Source: Giardia intestinalis
Taxonomy: Eukaryota
Direction: 5' to 3' (one strand)
Assembly (NCBI GenBank): GCA_000002435.2
Contig: CM018793.1
DNA length: 64,000 nt
Shown: positions 9,768-20,594 of the stretch, one piece after another
Numbering within the stretch: position 1 is the first letter of the stretch
How the letters are laid out: each line of letters begins with the position of its first letter
Notes under the pieces: generated by a model
What the model was told of the DNA's origin: nothing
The model's database searches: none
The model's input: the letters and a program-made list of their open reading frames with translations, nothing else
Made by a program: the position numbers and the translations under genes

Positions 9768-9793
9768 GGCGACTTTTTTAAAGGGAAAAGGAA
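9768..9793. promoter_or_regulatory. 26-bp AT-rich divergent promoter between the Atg14-like gene (minus) and mevalonate kinase (plus).
   Basis: GCGACTTTTTTAAAGGGAAAAGGAA lies between the ATGs. Confidence 0.45.
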
Positions 9794-10819
9794 ATGCCTT
9801 CTTTGGGCCCGTGCCCCTTGGAGCTGTATGTACGGACCCCACTGAAAGCGATTCTCAGTGGTGAGCATTCGGTTGTCTACGGTCATCCCTGTATCGCTAT
9901 GGCACTGGATTTGTACACAAGTGGGCATGCACGCGTAGCAAAAGATCCCACTTGCCCGTCAAGCCTCCCTTTCCCTACACTTTTAGATATTAGAACAGGT
10001 GAGCGACTAGATCTTAGTAGTTCGATGACAGAAGCCATTCGCCTAATTAACGAGGAGGTTCTTACTAGACTACCTACAATCAAACGGTCAGATGCTGCGT
10101 GTCATCACTGTGAATTTGTAGAAATCGCAGTCCATGGGTGGACTCTCGGTAAAGGACTAGGCTCTTCTGCAAGTATCCTTGTGACGCACACCGCCCTTCT
10201 CTTAGCCGCAAGTTCTAATTATTCTCCCTCCATGTTATTTGATATCGCCTTGCTGGGTGAGAGACATATACACGGAAGGACCACTGGCATGGATCTGAAG
10301 ACCGTCATTTATGGGGGCATCCAGATCTACAGCCACGGTGCATTATGCAACGCTAAGATATCTCCAGACATTTTCGCCGCTCGTATGATTCAAGTTCTTA
10401 TTGCAGATTCTGGTATCGCAAAGTCCACAGCACAGGCCGTAGAGTTAGTAAGCCAAGGAGAAAACAACGACACGTTGGCACACATAGGAGAGACTTCGAA
10501 AGACCTCATTGAGCTGCTCTTGACTGCCAGTACCCCGGGTAAAATAAGCAATGACTCATTCTACTTAACGCTCTCCGCTCTTGTTCAGCGAAACCACGAT
10601 CTTTTATGCTCATTGGGTGTTAGTGTGCCAGAAACAGAGCGCTCAAAGGAACTGCTCTACCACATGGGGTGCTTCACTGCAAAGCTCACGGGTGCTGGGT
10701 TAGGTGGCTGCTGCATCGGTTTCCGAACGCAGCATAACCTAGTAGTGGACAGCCCTGACAGACACGTAATAGCAGTCGGTATAGGAGAGGGTTTATTGAT
10801 GACTGACACACCCCAGTAG
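9794..10819 (+). CDS. MVK: Mevalonate kinase (GHMP kinase family).
   Basis: PLKAILSGEHSVVYGHP matches the mevalonate kinase N-terminal motif. GKGLGSSASILV is the GHMP ATP-binding motif. ERHIHGRTTGMDLKTVIYGG and the C-terminal KLTGAGLGGCCIGF match conserved MVK blocks. Confidence 0.85.
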   Translation: MPSLGPCPLELYVRTPLKAILSGEHSVVYGHPCIAMALDLYTSGHARVAKDPTCPSSLPFPTLLDIRTGERLDLSSSMTEAIRLINEEVLTRLPTIKRSDAACHHCEFVEIAVHGWTLGKGLGSSASILVTHTALLLAASSNYSPSMLFDIALLGERHIHGRTTGMDLKTVIYGGIQIYSHGALCNAKISPDIFAARMIQVLIADSGIAKSTAQAVELVSQGENNDTLAHIGETSKDLIELLLTASTPGKISNDSFYLTLSALVQRNHDLLCSLGVSVPETERSKELLYHMGCFTAKLTGAGLGGCCIGFRTQHNLVVDSPDRHVIAVGIGEGLLMTDTPQ

Positions 10820-10821
10820 AT

Positions 10822-12162
10822 CTAGATCTTATTTACATAACGTATTCCATTATACCCAACGGGGAAAATGGAACCAAGGTTGGTAAAGAATAATGCTATC
10901 TGTGCAACAACAGCTCCAACGATGAGGCCCATAATCAGTGCTCCAATTGGCATTTGTTTCTTTCTTGGTGCTTTCTCGGTTTCCTTTGATGGAGGTGGTG
11001 CTGCTGGTGCGGACTGGGCAGGTGGCATGACCGAGGTCATCCCAGCGGCTTGTGTCAATGGCTCAGATGGTAGTAGAGATGAAGAAGTCGATGGATTCGA
11101 GCAGGGTGCTGCAGAAATGAAAAAAGGAACCTGTGGCACTATGGGTTGCTGACCTTCAGAGGGTAGGGGCAAGACACTGACTCCATTGGGTGGAGGCTCT
11201 ACTGGTAATATCTTCTCCTTCCTCTCTTCCTTCTCTCCTGCATTGTCTATCTTTAATCGCTTGCCGCCCCTGCCCTTTCCGTGCCGTACTGCACTTTCTG
11301 AGTACATTGGAATCATTTGGGGAGAGGCATTCAATTGCTCGGGCTCTAATGTCTGCGAGGGTGTGCATGTTTCTATCTGGGAAAATGTTGTCAATGACAC
11401 TACAGGCTCCTCATTTCCGTAGGCTCCAAACATGTATGGTGCCTGCTGGTGATTTGGGGTGCTTTCCTCGTACTGTGTTGCATCGATGAAGGAGCTATTT
11501 ATCACGGATGTATTGTGAGACTCCAAGGAGTTGTTAGCCCTGTGTACGCTCAGCGAGTGTTCGCAATACTCCACAATGCTTCCTGAAAAAGTACAGCGAC
11601 TATCATGACATTGAACTTTAGCATTTAGCAGACGCTCATAGTAAGCCACGCTCCACGTCACGTTTCGAAGCATTCCATTGCACCCAAAGCAGGGAATGGC
11701 TGTTGTTCTACCTTTTGCTTGGACCATACTGTCTAATAGATGGGTCTTGGCACACTTATAGCATGCAATGCATTTGCAATTTGTGTTTATAGTGAACCTA
11801 ATAGCTACTCTAGCGCAGATAACACACATTGGGAGCCTGCGGATAGCGTCTTCAGGTGCTAGTAATCCCGTTGAGAAATCTGCTTGTAGAGGACAGAAAA
11901 GATCAGGGTCGAGTGCATATGGAAGCTTTTTGTGTATTTCAGGGCTTGATAGTTGTTTTAGTAACATCGAGAGCCATTTGCTTAAGACCGACGATGTATA
12001 TCCTTTAGTGGATAGAGATGCTAAACCTGTACATGCTTCCACAAACGACTCAGGTTGGAAGACTTCAAGGCTTTCCTTGGAGATGCTCTTTGTCTGGCTC
12101 CTAACTTTCTGCACAACGGCAGAGAGCCACTGCTGAAAGCTCTCCTCGGAATAGTTGTCCAT
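10822..12162 (-). CDS. Tail-anchored, cysteine-rich (RING/IBR-like zinc finger), proline-rich membrane protein.
   Basis: The first ATG is at 12160-12162 (the track ORF started at a GTG). The N-terminal region has CVIC..CKCIACYKC..H..CFGC..C..C..C..H..H spacing. The middle is Pro/Ser-rich. There is a single C-terminal TM, IGALIMGLIVGAVVAQIALFF. Confidence 0.5.
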   Translation of the reverse strand: MDNYSEESFQQWLSAVVQKVRSQTKSISKESLEVFQPESFVEACTGLASLSTKGYTSSVLSKWLSMLLKQLSSPEIHKKLPYALDPDLFCPLQADFSTGLLAPEDAIRRLPMCVICARVAIRFTINTNCKCIACYKCAKTHLLDSMVQAKGRTTAIPCFGCNGMLRNVTWSVAYYERLLNAKVQCHDSRCTFSGSIVEYCEHSLSVHRANNSLESHNTSVINSSFIDATQYEESTPNHQQAPYMFGAYGNEEPVVSLTTFSQIETCTPSQTLEPEQLNASPQMIPMYSESAVRHGKGRGGKRLKIDNAGEKEERKEKILPVEPPPNGVSVLPLPSEGQQPIVPQVPFFISAAPCSNPSTSSSLLPSEPLTQAAGMTSVMPPAQSAPAAPPPSKETEKAPRKKQMPIGALIMGLIVGAVVAQIALFFTNLGSIFPVGYNGIRYVNKI

Positions 12163-12212
12163 TGAAAGATTAGATAAGATTTTGAAAAAGATCCTGAAAC
12201 AGACCAGTTTCA

Positions 12213-15128
12213 ATGGATGACTCACTTGGTATGACTCCCCTCATGGTATCTGCGGTGATCAATGATGTTGTGGGGGTAAGGACGTATCTAGATGAGCATA
12301 TGAAACAGACAGATCAGTTAGGGCGGACTGCACTTATGTGGGCAGCGATGCATAATCATGGGGAAACCATCAAGATTCTTGCTAGCTTTGAGGCAGGGGT
12401 CCAAGATAAAGACGGCTACACGGCTTTGATGTATGCCGCCTCTAAGGGACACACCGATAGTGTACTCCAGCTTGTTGACGTAGAAGCGCGAATGAAGAAT
12501 AAAAACGGAGTTACTGCTCTTATGTGTGCAGTGGAAAACCAGCATGTGGAGATTGCTACCATCCTTGCTGCTTATGAGGACAGACTTCAGGATAACAAGG
12601 GCTGGACCGCACTCATGCGGGCTGCAAAGAACAACACTCTCGCCAAGTTTCCTTTTCTTGTAGAGCTGGAGCATTCGATTGCAGACGGCAAGAAATGGAC
12701 CTCAATGATGTATGCAGCATCTAAGGGTCATCTTGAGGTGGTTGAGGCCCTTCTCCCCTATGAAGGTATGTTGCAAGACTATGAAGGGAAGACAGCGCTC
12801 GTTATAGCTTCATTTTTGGGGCATAAGGCAATTGTAGAGAAGCTCTACTCCATAGAAGGCAGCATTGCAGATCGCTTAGGGCTGACTCCTATGATGTGGG
12901 CCGCAGAGAAGGGATATCACGAAATAGTGCACTTTATGAGCGAAACTCAGGCTCGGTGTCAAGACAATCGCGGTTGGACCGCCCTTATGCGAGGCGCACA
13001 GAATGGCTTTGAAAAGATTGTAGAGATATTAGCACCGCTGGAATCACAGCAGATAGATACCAACGGTTTCACGGCCCTGATGTATGCTGCCATTAAGAAT
13101 CAGCCTGCGTGTGCCAAGCTACTGGCTCCGTGGGAAAAGGGCTTTCGTAACACTGGGGGACTCACTGCCCTCATCATGGCGTCACAGTTTGACCACAACG
13201 ACGTCATAGCTCTCCTAGCAGAGCATGAGGCTAGCATGTCCTGCTCCAATGGACGTACAGCATTGATGACTGCAGCTATGCACGGGAACGTAGAGGGCAC
13301 GCGTATCCTCGCACCCTTCGAAGCGCGGGCTAGGGACAGCAACGGAATGACGGCGCTTATGCATTCAGTTTATCTTCACGCCCAAGATGCAAGGGTCAAG
13401 CGTGATATCTTGGTAGAACTCCGATCAGAAAACCTTTATGAGCTTCATGCAGAAGTGGCTAGCTGTCTATATGATTTAGAGTGCGGAATGACTGATGCTC
13501 GGGGAATGACCGCCTTGATGCACTCTATGAAGGATAAGAATCTTATAATAATATCTAAACTAGCAGAAACTGAGCCGAAAATGAAAGATCATGATGAGAG
13601 AACTGCGCTGATGCATGCTGCGCTGACAGGAGCCACCGATGTCGTGACATTTCTTTCTGATAGCGAGGCAGGGATGAAGGATGCAAATGGATATACTGCA
13701 ATGATTTATGCTGCACAGCGTAATCTTCACGAGTTTGTGAAGCGCTTAGCTCCCTATGAAGCAGGTATGCAGGACAGGTATTCCATGACGGCACTCATGT
13801 GGGGGTTCAAGCTGGGATTCAGTCAGGTTGTTTCTCATTTGCTGGATTATGAAAGTGGGTATCAGGATAAGAGAGGAATGAGTCTATTGATGATGGCAGC
13901 TGCCGAGCCTAATCAGTCGATGCTGAAGGAGTTAATAATAAAGCATCGCCTCAGCCTTCATCACTGCAACCTACCGTCGTCTGCAAGCGAAATAGGACTG
14001 CGCGATAATGAGGGCCAGACGGCACTGATGCATGCTGCGCTCAGTGGAAATGAATCTGCTGTTCAACTACTTCTCCCCTATGAAGCTGGCCAGCAAACTC
14101 CGAGAGGCACAACTGCTCTTATGCTTGCTGCTAGCCGGGGCCATAAGGAAATTGTAGAGCTGTTGGGGCCTAAAGAAAGAACCATGCAGGACGTAAATGG
14201 TAGGACCGCGCTGATGTTAGCGCTGCAAAACAAGAACTTTATGCTCTGCCGGCTGCTTCTTATGGAGATCCCTGCACTCGACAATCGCTACTTGTCTTGT
14301 TATGAGTACGCCATCGATATGCGTGTCATCGATTTCAGCGACCTTCTACTTAATGCTCGTCTTCGTCTAATGTCACTAAGTAGATTATCTTGCTATGTTT
14401 TCTACAACCACATTTGCAGTGCCTTTGCGCAGCTGATTCTCCATATTCTGAAATCTAGTTGTAACTCTCTTGCACAAATAAAGCTGAGAGCAAGTGCAAA
14501 TTTGTCTCTGCTTGAGCAGCAAGTCTCTGATGCTCTTAATGGCTCAGATACAGGCTTGGATGTTGCATCAGTCCAGGTCGAGGTCCTCTCAGATGAGTCT
14601 TTACTTCTCAATGTGATGAACCCTTGCGACCTTAAAAACCTGGAGGTACTGTTTGAGATTTGCTCGTCAGTTATGTTCGATGATCTGGACCTCGCAACAC
14701 AACTCCCAGTTCATCCGGTATTAACCATAAATTCAGATGAGTGTGTTGAAGGGAATAAGGAGTCCTCACAATCACCGATGGACACGTCCTCTGGAGTAGC
14801 CAATGAATCAACTCAAACAATGCCTATAAGCTTAGCAACCCAGGAACTATCGCACTCCTTTCAGTATCATACTCGGACCGTCCGAGAGAAGCTTTCTGAA
14901 TATATGAACGTTTATAACTCCTTTCTTCATGCTGATTTGTCCCAGGTGGACACCGCATGCATCATATGCATGTCCTGGGCTGTCGAATGCATTTTCATTC
15001 CTTGTGGTCATGCCTGCTGTTGCCGGTATTGCCTTGAGTTTTCTTCTCACAGGTGTCCGATATGCCGCTCAGAAATTAAAGATTTTCTAATGCTTCCGTG
15101 CGAGGGTGCTAACCGTGAAGAACTCTAA
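12213..15128 (+). CDS. Ankyrin-repeat protein (Giardia 'protein 21.1' type) with a C-terminal C3HC4 RING finger; putative E3 ubiquitin ligase.
   Basis: More than 15 tandem ankyrin repeats of the G.TALM.AA..GH...V..L type. The C-terminus has CIICMSWAVECIFIPCGHACCCRYC…CPIC, which fits C-x2-C…C-x-H-x3-C-x2-C…C-x2-C. Confidence 0.8.
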   Translation: MDDSLGMTPLMVSAVINDVVGVRTYLDEHMKQTDQLGRTALMWAAMHNHGETIKILASFEAGVQDKDGYTALMYAASKGHTDSVLQLVDVEARMKNKNGVTALMCAVENQHVEIATILAAYEDRLQDNKGWTALMRAAKNNTLAKFPFLVELEHSIADGKKWTSMMYAASKGHLEVVEALLPYEGMLQDYEGKTALVIASFLGHKAIVEKLYSIEGSIADRLGLTPMMWAAEKGYHEIVHFMSETQARCQDNRGWTALMRGAQNGFEKIVEILAPLESQQIDTNGFTALMYAAIKNQPACAKLLAPWEKGFRNTGGLTALIMASQFDHNDVIALLAEHEASMSCSNGRTALMTAAMHGNVEGTRILAPFEARARDSNGMTALMHSVYLHAQDARVKRDILVELRSENLYELHAEVASCLYDLECGMTDARGMTALMHSMKDKNLIIISKLAETEPKMKDHDERTALMHAALTGATDVVTFLSDSEAGMKDANGYTAMIYAAQRNLHEFVKRLAPYEAGMQDRYSMTALMWGFKLGFSQVVSHLLDYESGYQDKRGMSLLMMAAAEPNQSMLKELIIKHRLSLHHCNLPSSASEIGLRDNEGQTALMHAALSGNESAVQLLLPYEAGQQTPRGTTALMLAASRGHKEIVELLGPKERTMQDVNGRTALMLALQNKNFMLCRLLLMEIPALDNRYLSCYEYAIDMRVIDFSDLLLNARLRLMSLSRLSCYVFYNHICSAFAQLILHILKSSCNSLAQIKLRASANLSLLEQQVSDALNGSDTGLDVASVQVEVLSDESLLLNVMNPCDLKNLEVLFEICSSVMFDDLDLATQLPVHPVLTINSDECVEGNKESSQSPMDTSSGVANESTQTMPISLATQELSHSFQYHTRTVREKLSEYMNVYNSFLHADLSQVDTACIICMSWAVECIFIPCGHACCCRYCLEFSSHRCPICRSEIKDFLMLPCEGANREEL

Positions 15129-15171
15129 CTATGTACTCTTAGATTCACAGGCTCTTCTTATAAAGTCTTCC

Positions 15172-16599
15172 ATGCCGCGAATTGCTATTACGAAGCTTTC
15201 TGATGCCCAAGAAGTTTGGGACCAGATTCAATCTGTAGATTCAGGAGTGGTTTCACTTGATCACTCTAAGTCTATTAATACGCCAGTTAACAGCATCTCA
15301 GTAGATAAGCTTCCTATATATCTCTATTCTCCTGTTATTTATACTTGCATCTTCATTCTACAACACCAAATACACGTTTTGAAACTAAGACTACTTCGGA
15401 CAATCTATCTACTTGATGGAGGTCCAAAGAGAGAAAGAAGGAGGCCAACCGATCAAAGACGGACTGAATCTTCTAACAAGAGAAGGGCCACGTTAAAGAC
15501 CAGCATGACTAGAGCACTGGAACTCGCTGCGTCACAAGGAGGTCTTTCTGGGACTCAAGGAAATGTCCCAGACAGGGCCGGAGCTGGACTGGATGGACTG
15601 GATCCAGAGGCAGTTCTTCGTAGCCGAAGTTCCAGTAGCACTAGGAGTCTCCTTGAGACACAGCTGGGAAGCCAATTGCGAACCGGAGACTCCGTCAACG
15701 CCCAATTTCTTACGATAGCCCATGCCAATAGTCAGCATATTACAATGGAGCCAGAGCCGAATCCAAGTCACGGAGCAACGAATCCTTCTCTGCTAACTAT
15801 ACATCATCATGACCATCTTTTGATGGAAGATGACAATGAGGAACCTGCTATACTCAATATAGAAAAGCAGATACATCAACAATCAGGTCTAGTGACCAAG
15901 AGACGACCACCTCGTCCGCGTTCCTTTACACACCTATATGATAAAGCAGCGAAGGAGTCTCCCAAGCCTATCGAGTTCACAGCCGCATGGCCATCTAACT
16001 ATACACTTTTAGATGATCACGTTTTCAAATGCCTCCCTTTGTTTACTAGTCAACGTTCGTGGTTGATGGCCGATCGATGGTGGACTAAGAATATTTCAGC
16101 ACTCATTTTCACTTATGAAGGAGGCTCTTATGCCTTCTTCGGAGCTCTAATTTCAAAGAGCAAGACGCACACTCTTACGGCAAGCCATGATCTAGATCAG
16201 CGTGGTACATCAAGTACCGTCCTCCCTGTTCATCCAGTCCTCAGTACAGGAGTTACATCTGCATCCACATTCAGCGATAAAAATCGTAACCACAATATAG
16301 ATTATTCTGATGGCGACGCGTTCAATATTTCCTATCACGGTAAGTCTGACTCTCTGGGCTCTACAAATTTTGCGTTTATGCCAAGTAGAGTTATTCTACA
16401 GCGTCTAGAAGAAGAGTATCCTCAGTCTGTATCGCTTAGCTCCATGCTAAGGCCTGATCATAGCATGCAACAGAAGCGCCACGAGGTGGCAGCACTATTT
16501 CTTGTAGCACTGAACCTGCGTGCCAGCGGTGCAATTAACATTACGCAAGGCCAGTGCGATATCCTCTGTAGCTTACCTTACGCAAGAGGTAACTTGTAG
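15172..16599 (+). CDS. Hypothetical protein, Ser/Arg/polar-rich at the N-terminus.
   Basis: Long ORF with coding-like composition. The first ATG is at 15172 (the track ORF started at a GTG at 15106). No family recognised. Confidence 0.4.
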   Translation: MPRIAITKLSDAQEVWDQIQSVDSGVVSLDHSKSINTPVNSISVDKLPIYLYSPVIYTCIFILQHQIHVLKLRLLRTIYLLDGGPKRERRRPTDQRRTESSNKRRATLKTSMTRALELAASQGGLSGTQGNVPDRAGAGLDGLDPEAVLRSRSSSSTRSLLETQLGSQLRTGDSVNAQFLTIAHANSQHITMEPEPNPSHGATNPSLLTIHHHDHLLMEDDNEEPAILNIEKQIHQQSGLVTKRRPPRPRSFTHLYDKAAKESPKPIEFTAAWPSNYTLLDDHVFKCLPLFTSQRSWLMADRWWTKNISALIFTYEGGSYAFFGALISKSKTHTLTASHDLDQRGTSSTVLPVHPVLSTGVTSASTFSDKNRNHNIDYSDGDAFNISYHGKSDSLGSTNFAFMPSRVILQRLEEEYPQSVSLSSMLRPDHSMQQKRHEVAALFLVALNLRASGAINITQGQCDILCSLPYARGNL

Positions 16600-18464
16600 A
16601 CCACTTTCTGTGCAGTGATATCATATGCAATTAACTCGCACTGGGCTGCATCAGAACTGGAGGAAGTTAAAAATTCTACGCGCAGTACTATATTTCCAGT
16701 AGCGGCTATCAAGAGAGTGGAAGAGCCGTATGCAGGATTATCTAGGGGTCCATGCACGACTTCAGCCGGCCACCTTTGCTTCTCTGCACGTCCCTTGAAA
16801 TATTGGAAGAAATCCCCTATATAACTGCGCAATAGACTCCGCCCCCATGCAGATAAGCCTCCGGCGTCAGGTAATTGCACGGCAAGCAGACTACTAGCAT
16901 ATCCCAGCAGGCTACACGCCTCTGTCCGGTTGTGCATTGTGAAACCGTCACTGCCTCTCCCTATGATGGCAGTCGCGTTGTGCCTGCAGGCTAACAGTTC
17001 CAATGTAGCTGCTAAATTATTCTCGCATGGAATATCTGCATACAATTGATATAACTCGCCATGGATTGTAATAAAGCGGTATCTTATTTCAGGATGGACC
17101 TCTTGACTATACTTAGTGAGAACCTCGTCGAGATATAGTATCTGCTCGCCGCTCAGAACTGTAAAATCTGGGCAACCCATATATGATGCCCTGTAGTAAT
17201 CTTGAACCACATCCAGGATGACTACTAGTACAGGACCGCGTACAAAATGGTAGTGCGCTCCGTCAGTAAATGTCGGAAGATCTTTATTTCTATAAAGGAT
17301 CCTAATTGAATACGGGAATGTATCCAACAAACTATCGAATTTTTCAGACAATTCTGGGGCAGTTCTGATTTTAGGTTGGTATGGTTTCACAATAGCATCA
17401 AACGCGACTGGCTTCAAAAGCCTATTCTGATATTTATCAGCAGATGCAAAGACGTCGCTTGTTCCCCTTCCTGCTGCAATTAAACCGAATTGCGATAAGA
17501 GATTGCTTTTTGGTGACAATAGCTTATTCCAGTCTACGATGGTTGCGCTTGCTAGCCCACCGATTGACACAAGTAGTGTGTTATGACCGTCTTCAGCTGC
17601 ACCTATAAGCCCCTGCCCGAAGGAAGGCATGCCTTTGAGCCCACTGAAAAAGAGCAACTTGCTCTGGCTATCTGCAGGGTCTCCTGTTGTAAAGCTATTG
17701 ATTCGTACAGTCTTAGAGGAGTACTTGATATGATAGTAGTATGTCTTTCCTTCTTTCAGGCCCCTTAATACGACATGAGACACATTGCTGTCAATAGTGG
17801 GTGCATAAGAGACCCACACACCTTTATCAATGGACGTGGGTACATCGTCACCCTGGTAGAGTAGAAGGTTGCTGCCTCGATGACTCGTATCGGCCCAATT
17901 TAGCTGGACGGAAGTATGCGTGTCGGCCTCGCCCACAGTTAGAAAGGGGCTAAAACTTGTCACCGAGTTACCACTATAGGAAGGATAATAGGCCAATGCT
18001 CCCACGCCTAGTAAAGCCTCCACTGTCAAGATGGCCACGGACATCCATCCCAGTATTCTCAAAGAAAGTAAGATAGATGGGGAGCGCTTCTTAAAGGGAG
18101 CAGTACTGTAATGGAAGACTGACATAATCGGCTCTCCGCTGTTATCGTCATCTACCCCATAGTTCAAAAGCCCTTGTGTGCGAGCCTGTACCAACTTCGC
18201 CGTTTCTATTCGGCCACGCAGCCCGGAAAGATGGGCCCATGTCGCTACTATGGCCATTGAAACTTGAGGGAGAGTAACTGCAAGCCCAAGAAGAGAAGTT
18301 ACCAGGAGCCGTGCTGGAGTACCAAACAGGTCGATATACATGGCAGGCCCTCCCGCAACAACGCAGCCATAGAGACAAGCAGCTAAGATGCCTGTTCCAG
18401 CAATTAGTGAGAGCCACAGTGCTGCGTGAAAGACAATATTCTGTGCTCCTGCATGGCAAGGCAT
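16578..18464 (-). CDS. Hypothetical multi-pass membrane protein with an N-terminal TM cluster and a large lumenal or extracellular domain.
   Basis: ATG at 18462-18464. At least four hydrophobic helices lie in the first 160 aa, followed by about 450 aa of globular domain. No confident family assignment. Confidence 0.5.
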   Translation of the reverse strand: MPCHAGAQNIVFHAALWLSLIAGTGILAACLYGCVVAGGPAMYIDLFGTPARLLVTSLLGLAVTLPQVSMAIVATWAHLSGLRGRIETAKLVQARTQGLLNYGVDDDNSGEPIMSVFHYSTAPFKKRSPSILLSLRILGWMSVAILTVEALLGVGALAYYPSYSGNSVTSFSPFLTVGEADTHTSVQLNWADTSHRGSNLLLYQGDDVPTSIDKGVWVSYAPTIDSNVSHVVLRGLKEGKTYYYHIKYSSKTVRINSFTTGDPADSQSKLLFFSGLKGMPSFGQGLIGAAEDGHNTLLVSIGGLASATIVDWNKLLSPKSNLLSQFGLIAAGRGTSDVFASADKYQNRLLKPVAFDAIVKPYQPKIRTAPELSEKFDSLLDTFPYSIRILYRNKDLPTFTDGAHYHFVRGPVLVVILDVVQDYYRASYMGCPDFTVLSGEQILYLDEVLTKYSQEVHPEIRYRFITIHGELYQLYADIPCENNLAATLELLACRHNATAIIGRGSDGFTMHNRTEACSLLGYASSLLAVQLPDAGGLSAWGRSLLRSYIGDFFQYFKGRAEKQRWPAEVVHGPLDNPAYGSSTLLIAATGNIVLRVEFLTSSSSDAAQCELIAYDITAQKVVYKLPLA

Positions 18465-18497
18465 GTCTCAGCAAAAAACATAAGTTCCTATTTCCAC

Positions 18498-20582
18498 ATG
18501 CGCCGCTTCAGCCAGCCAGTCACACCTAGCACGAGCACGAGTTTGCTAGAAATCATAAGGCCTGCGTACGGCACGTCTATAGTGATGCTTGTAGACAAGG
18601 TAACCCTCCGCTCATTGACTCACATGTGCACGCAGACAGAGATTGCAGAGCACGGAGTTGTGTCCGTGGTACTCATTGATACAGTAGAGTCACTCTCTGG
18701 AGCAGCAGGAAACCCGTGCATTGCATATATATGTCCCTCTAATGAATCGCTGTCTACTGTACACAAAATTGTTCGGCTTTCGCAAGAAAGGAAGCTCTTC
18801 AAAGAGTTTCACTTAGTATTCACGGGACTTGTGCCGGAAAATACTGTGTCTGATCTAGCTACAAGCGATTCTAGCAAATTCATCCAAACCATCCGTGTCG
18901 TATTTGGAGCCCACTCTATGCTCGGTGCGCGGTTTGCACTACTACCACAAGAAGCCGAAAATCCTTACAGTGAAGCATCTATTCTGCGGCAATCAGACAA
19001 CCTTCTGAACTTTCTATTATCAATGGGAGTGGAACCATTTACCGTTAGGTATCTTTCTGTCTCCTCCGCAGCTGCCTCATTGGCAGGCCATCTCCATAAG
19101 CACATCACCCTAAGAAAGAATCTCTTTAGGTATAATGCAAAAGGATTAATTAATTACGAGACCAAGTCTGTCAAGCGTGACGGCTCTATTGTGGGTTCAA
19201 AAGCTCGCTTTCCACCCCGTACTAAGCCACTAGAGATAATAATTCTCGATAGAAGGGCAGACTTGCAATCGGTGATTAAGCAAAACTGGGCGTTACTGCC
19301 TCTTCTAAGCGATTTTGAACTATTAAATAGCGAGACATTGGAATTCTGCGACGAAACTAATACAAAGCATCAGTTTTCTAAGACATCATCCGTTCTCTTC
19401 GACCAGACGTACGCAGCAGACTTTTTTGTCTTGACCATGAGCATTATTCCAGAGTTAAGGAAGTATTCACAAGAGCTCAGTTTAAGTCAAGGAGAAAAGA
19501 ATGCAGTAATCGGCATTTGCAGCGCTGCATCTACCCTCTCGGAGTATATCGGGAAGATAAACCATACCAGGATTTCACAGATTGAGAACTCTATGCATAA
19601 TGACAACTCCAGTGAGGCCATCACACTTTTGGAAAAGTTTTTTGTGTCTCAAGGTACGCAGAAAAGCAAGACTAAACAGGATATTCTGCTCCATATCATG
19701 GAAAGTGACACTAGCACTGCAAAGAAGCTTTTGTTTCTCGAGATTGTCGTCTCTCTGTTTTTCTCCCTAGTTGTGTTAATTACCCTTCAGTACAATGTGT
19801 TCAGCATCCAGAGTGTTCTGAAAAAGTTACAAGCCATAGCTACAAAGTTCTTTCATGCAGCAGAGCAGGCAAATATAGAGTTAGCCCAGCAAATGGGTGC
19901 ACACAGTGAGAAGCTATCCCGACACATCAAGAGACTGACTAACGCTACCAGTGTGTATCTCACTAACTATGGTCGGCAGCTGGCAAATGCCTTCTACTAC
20001 CAATGGGATAATGTTGAAACCTCTGCCAAGACAGCCATCACTAATAGAGTGGTGTCTGCGACTTCTCCAGGACAAGGGACGAGTCTAGATGGAAACATGG
20101 AGCTGACAGCATACCTTAATGGCCACAACGCGTCTCTCCAGCAAACAGACCCGACGATTCTCTCCCAAATAGGTGCAAATTACTCATACAAGCCACGAGT
20201 TCTCTCTGTTGCAGAGGCTGCGATCTGCAATCTGCTCTTGGAGAGTGACTTTCCGATCACCTCGGCAACAGACCGAAGTCAAATGGCAGATGTTCTACGC
20301 GATTCTGAAGAGCATCAGGTCCTCATTTATGTCTTAGGAGGCGTTTCACAATCCGAGCACGCAGCTCTCGAGACATACGACTACTATGGACAGTTCAATC
20401 AAGCTGCGCGATCCCCAGGTCTTTTCAAGCGCAGACAGCAAGAAGTCACGGGTGCGGTGATGTGTGGTCTGTACAACAAACTTGTTACACTTGCTTCGGA
20501 CAGGATTGTGTCGCGACTCTCATTAGTCCGGGACCTCGTCGAGGACATCACGAGCGGCCAGGGGGTGTTCCTCAAAGCATAA
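18498..20582 (+). CDS. Sec1/Munc18 (SM) family protein; a Vps33/Vps45/Sly1-like SNARE regulator.
   Basis: IIILDRRADLQSV sits about one third of the way into the protein and VLIYVLGGVSQSEHAALETY lies near the C-terminus. These match the two SM-family signature blocks (LLILDR..D and ivFvlGGvt.sE) at the expected positions. The start is set at the ATG at 18498 to avoid overlap with the divergent gene; the track ORF began at a GTG at 18426. Confidence 0.55.
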   Translation: MRRFSQPVTPSTSTSLLEIIRPAYGTSIVMLVDKVTLRSLTHMCTQTEIAEHGVVSVVLIDTVESLSGAAGNPCIAYICPSNESLSTVHKIVRLSQERKLFKEFHLVFTGLVPENTVSDLATSDSSKFIQTIRVVFGAHSMLGARFALLPQEAENPYSEASILRQSDNLLNFLLSMGVEPFTVRYLSVSSAAASLAGHLHKHITLRKNLFRYNAKGLINYETKSVKRDGSIVGSKARFPPRTKPLEIIILDRRADLQSVIKQNWALLPLLSDFELLNSETLEFCDETNTKHQFSKTSSVLFDQTYAADFFVLTMSIIPELRKYSQELSLSQGEKNAVIGICSAASTLSEYIGKINHTRISQIENSMHNDNSSEAITLLEKFFVSQGTQKSKTKQDILLHIMESDTSTAKKLLFLEIVVSLFFSLVVLITLQYNVFSIQSVLKKLQAIATKFFHAAEQANIELAQQMGAHSEKLSRHIKRLTNATSVYLTNYGRQLANAFYYQWDNVETSAKTAITNRVVSATSPGQGTSLDGNMELTAYLNGHNASLQQTDPTILSQIGANYSYKPRVLSVAEAAICNLLLESDFPITSATDRSQMADVLRDSEEHQVLIYVLGGVSQSEHAALETYDYYGQFNQAARSPGLFKRRQQEVTGAVMCGLYNKLVTLASDRIVSRLSLVRDLVEDITSGQGVFLKA

Positions 20583-20594
20583 TTAAGTAAAGAA

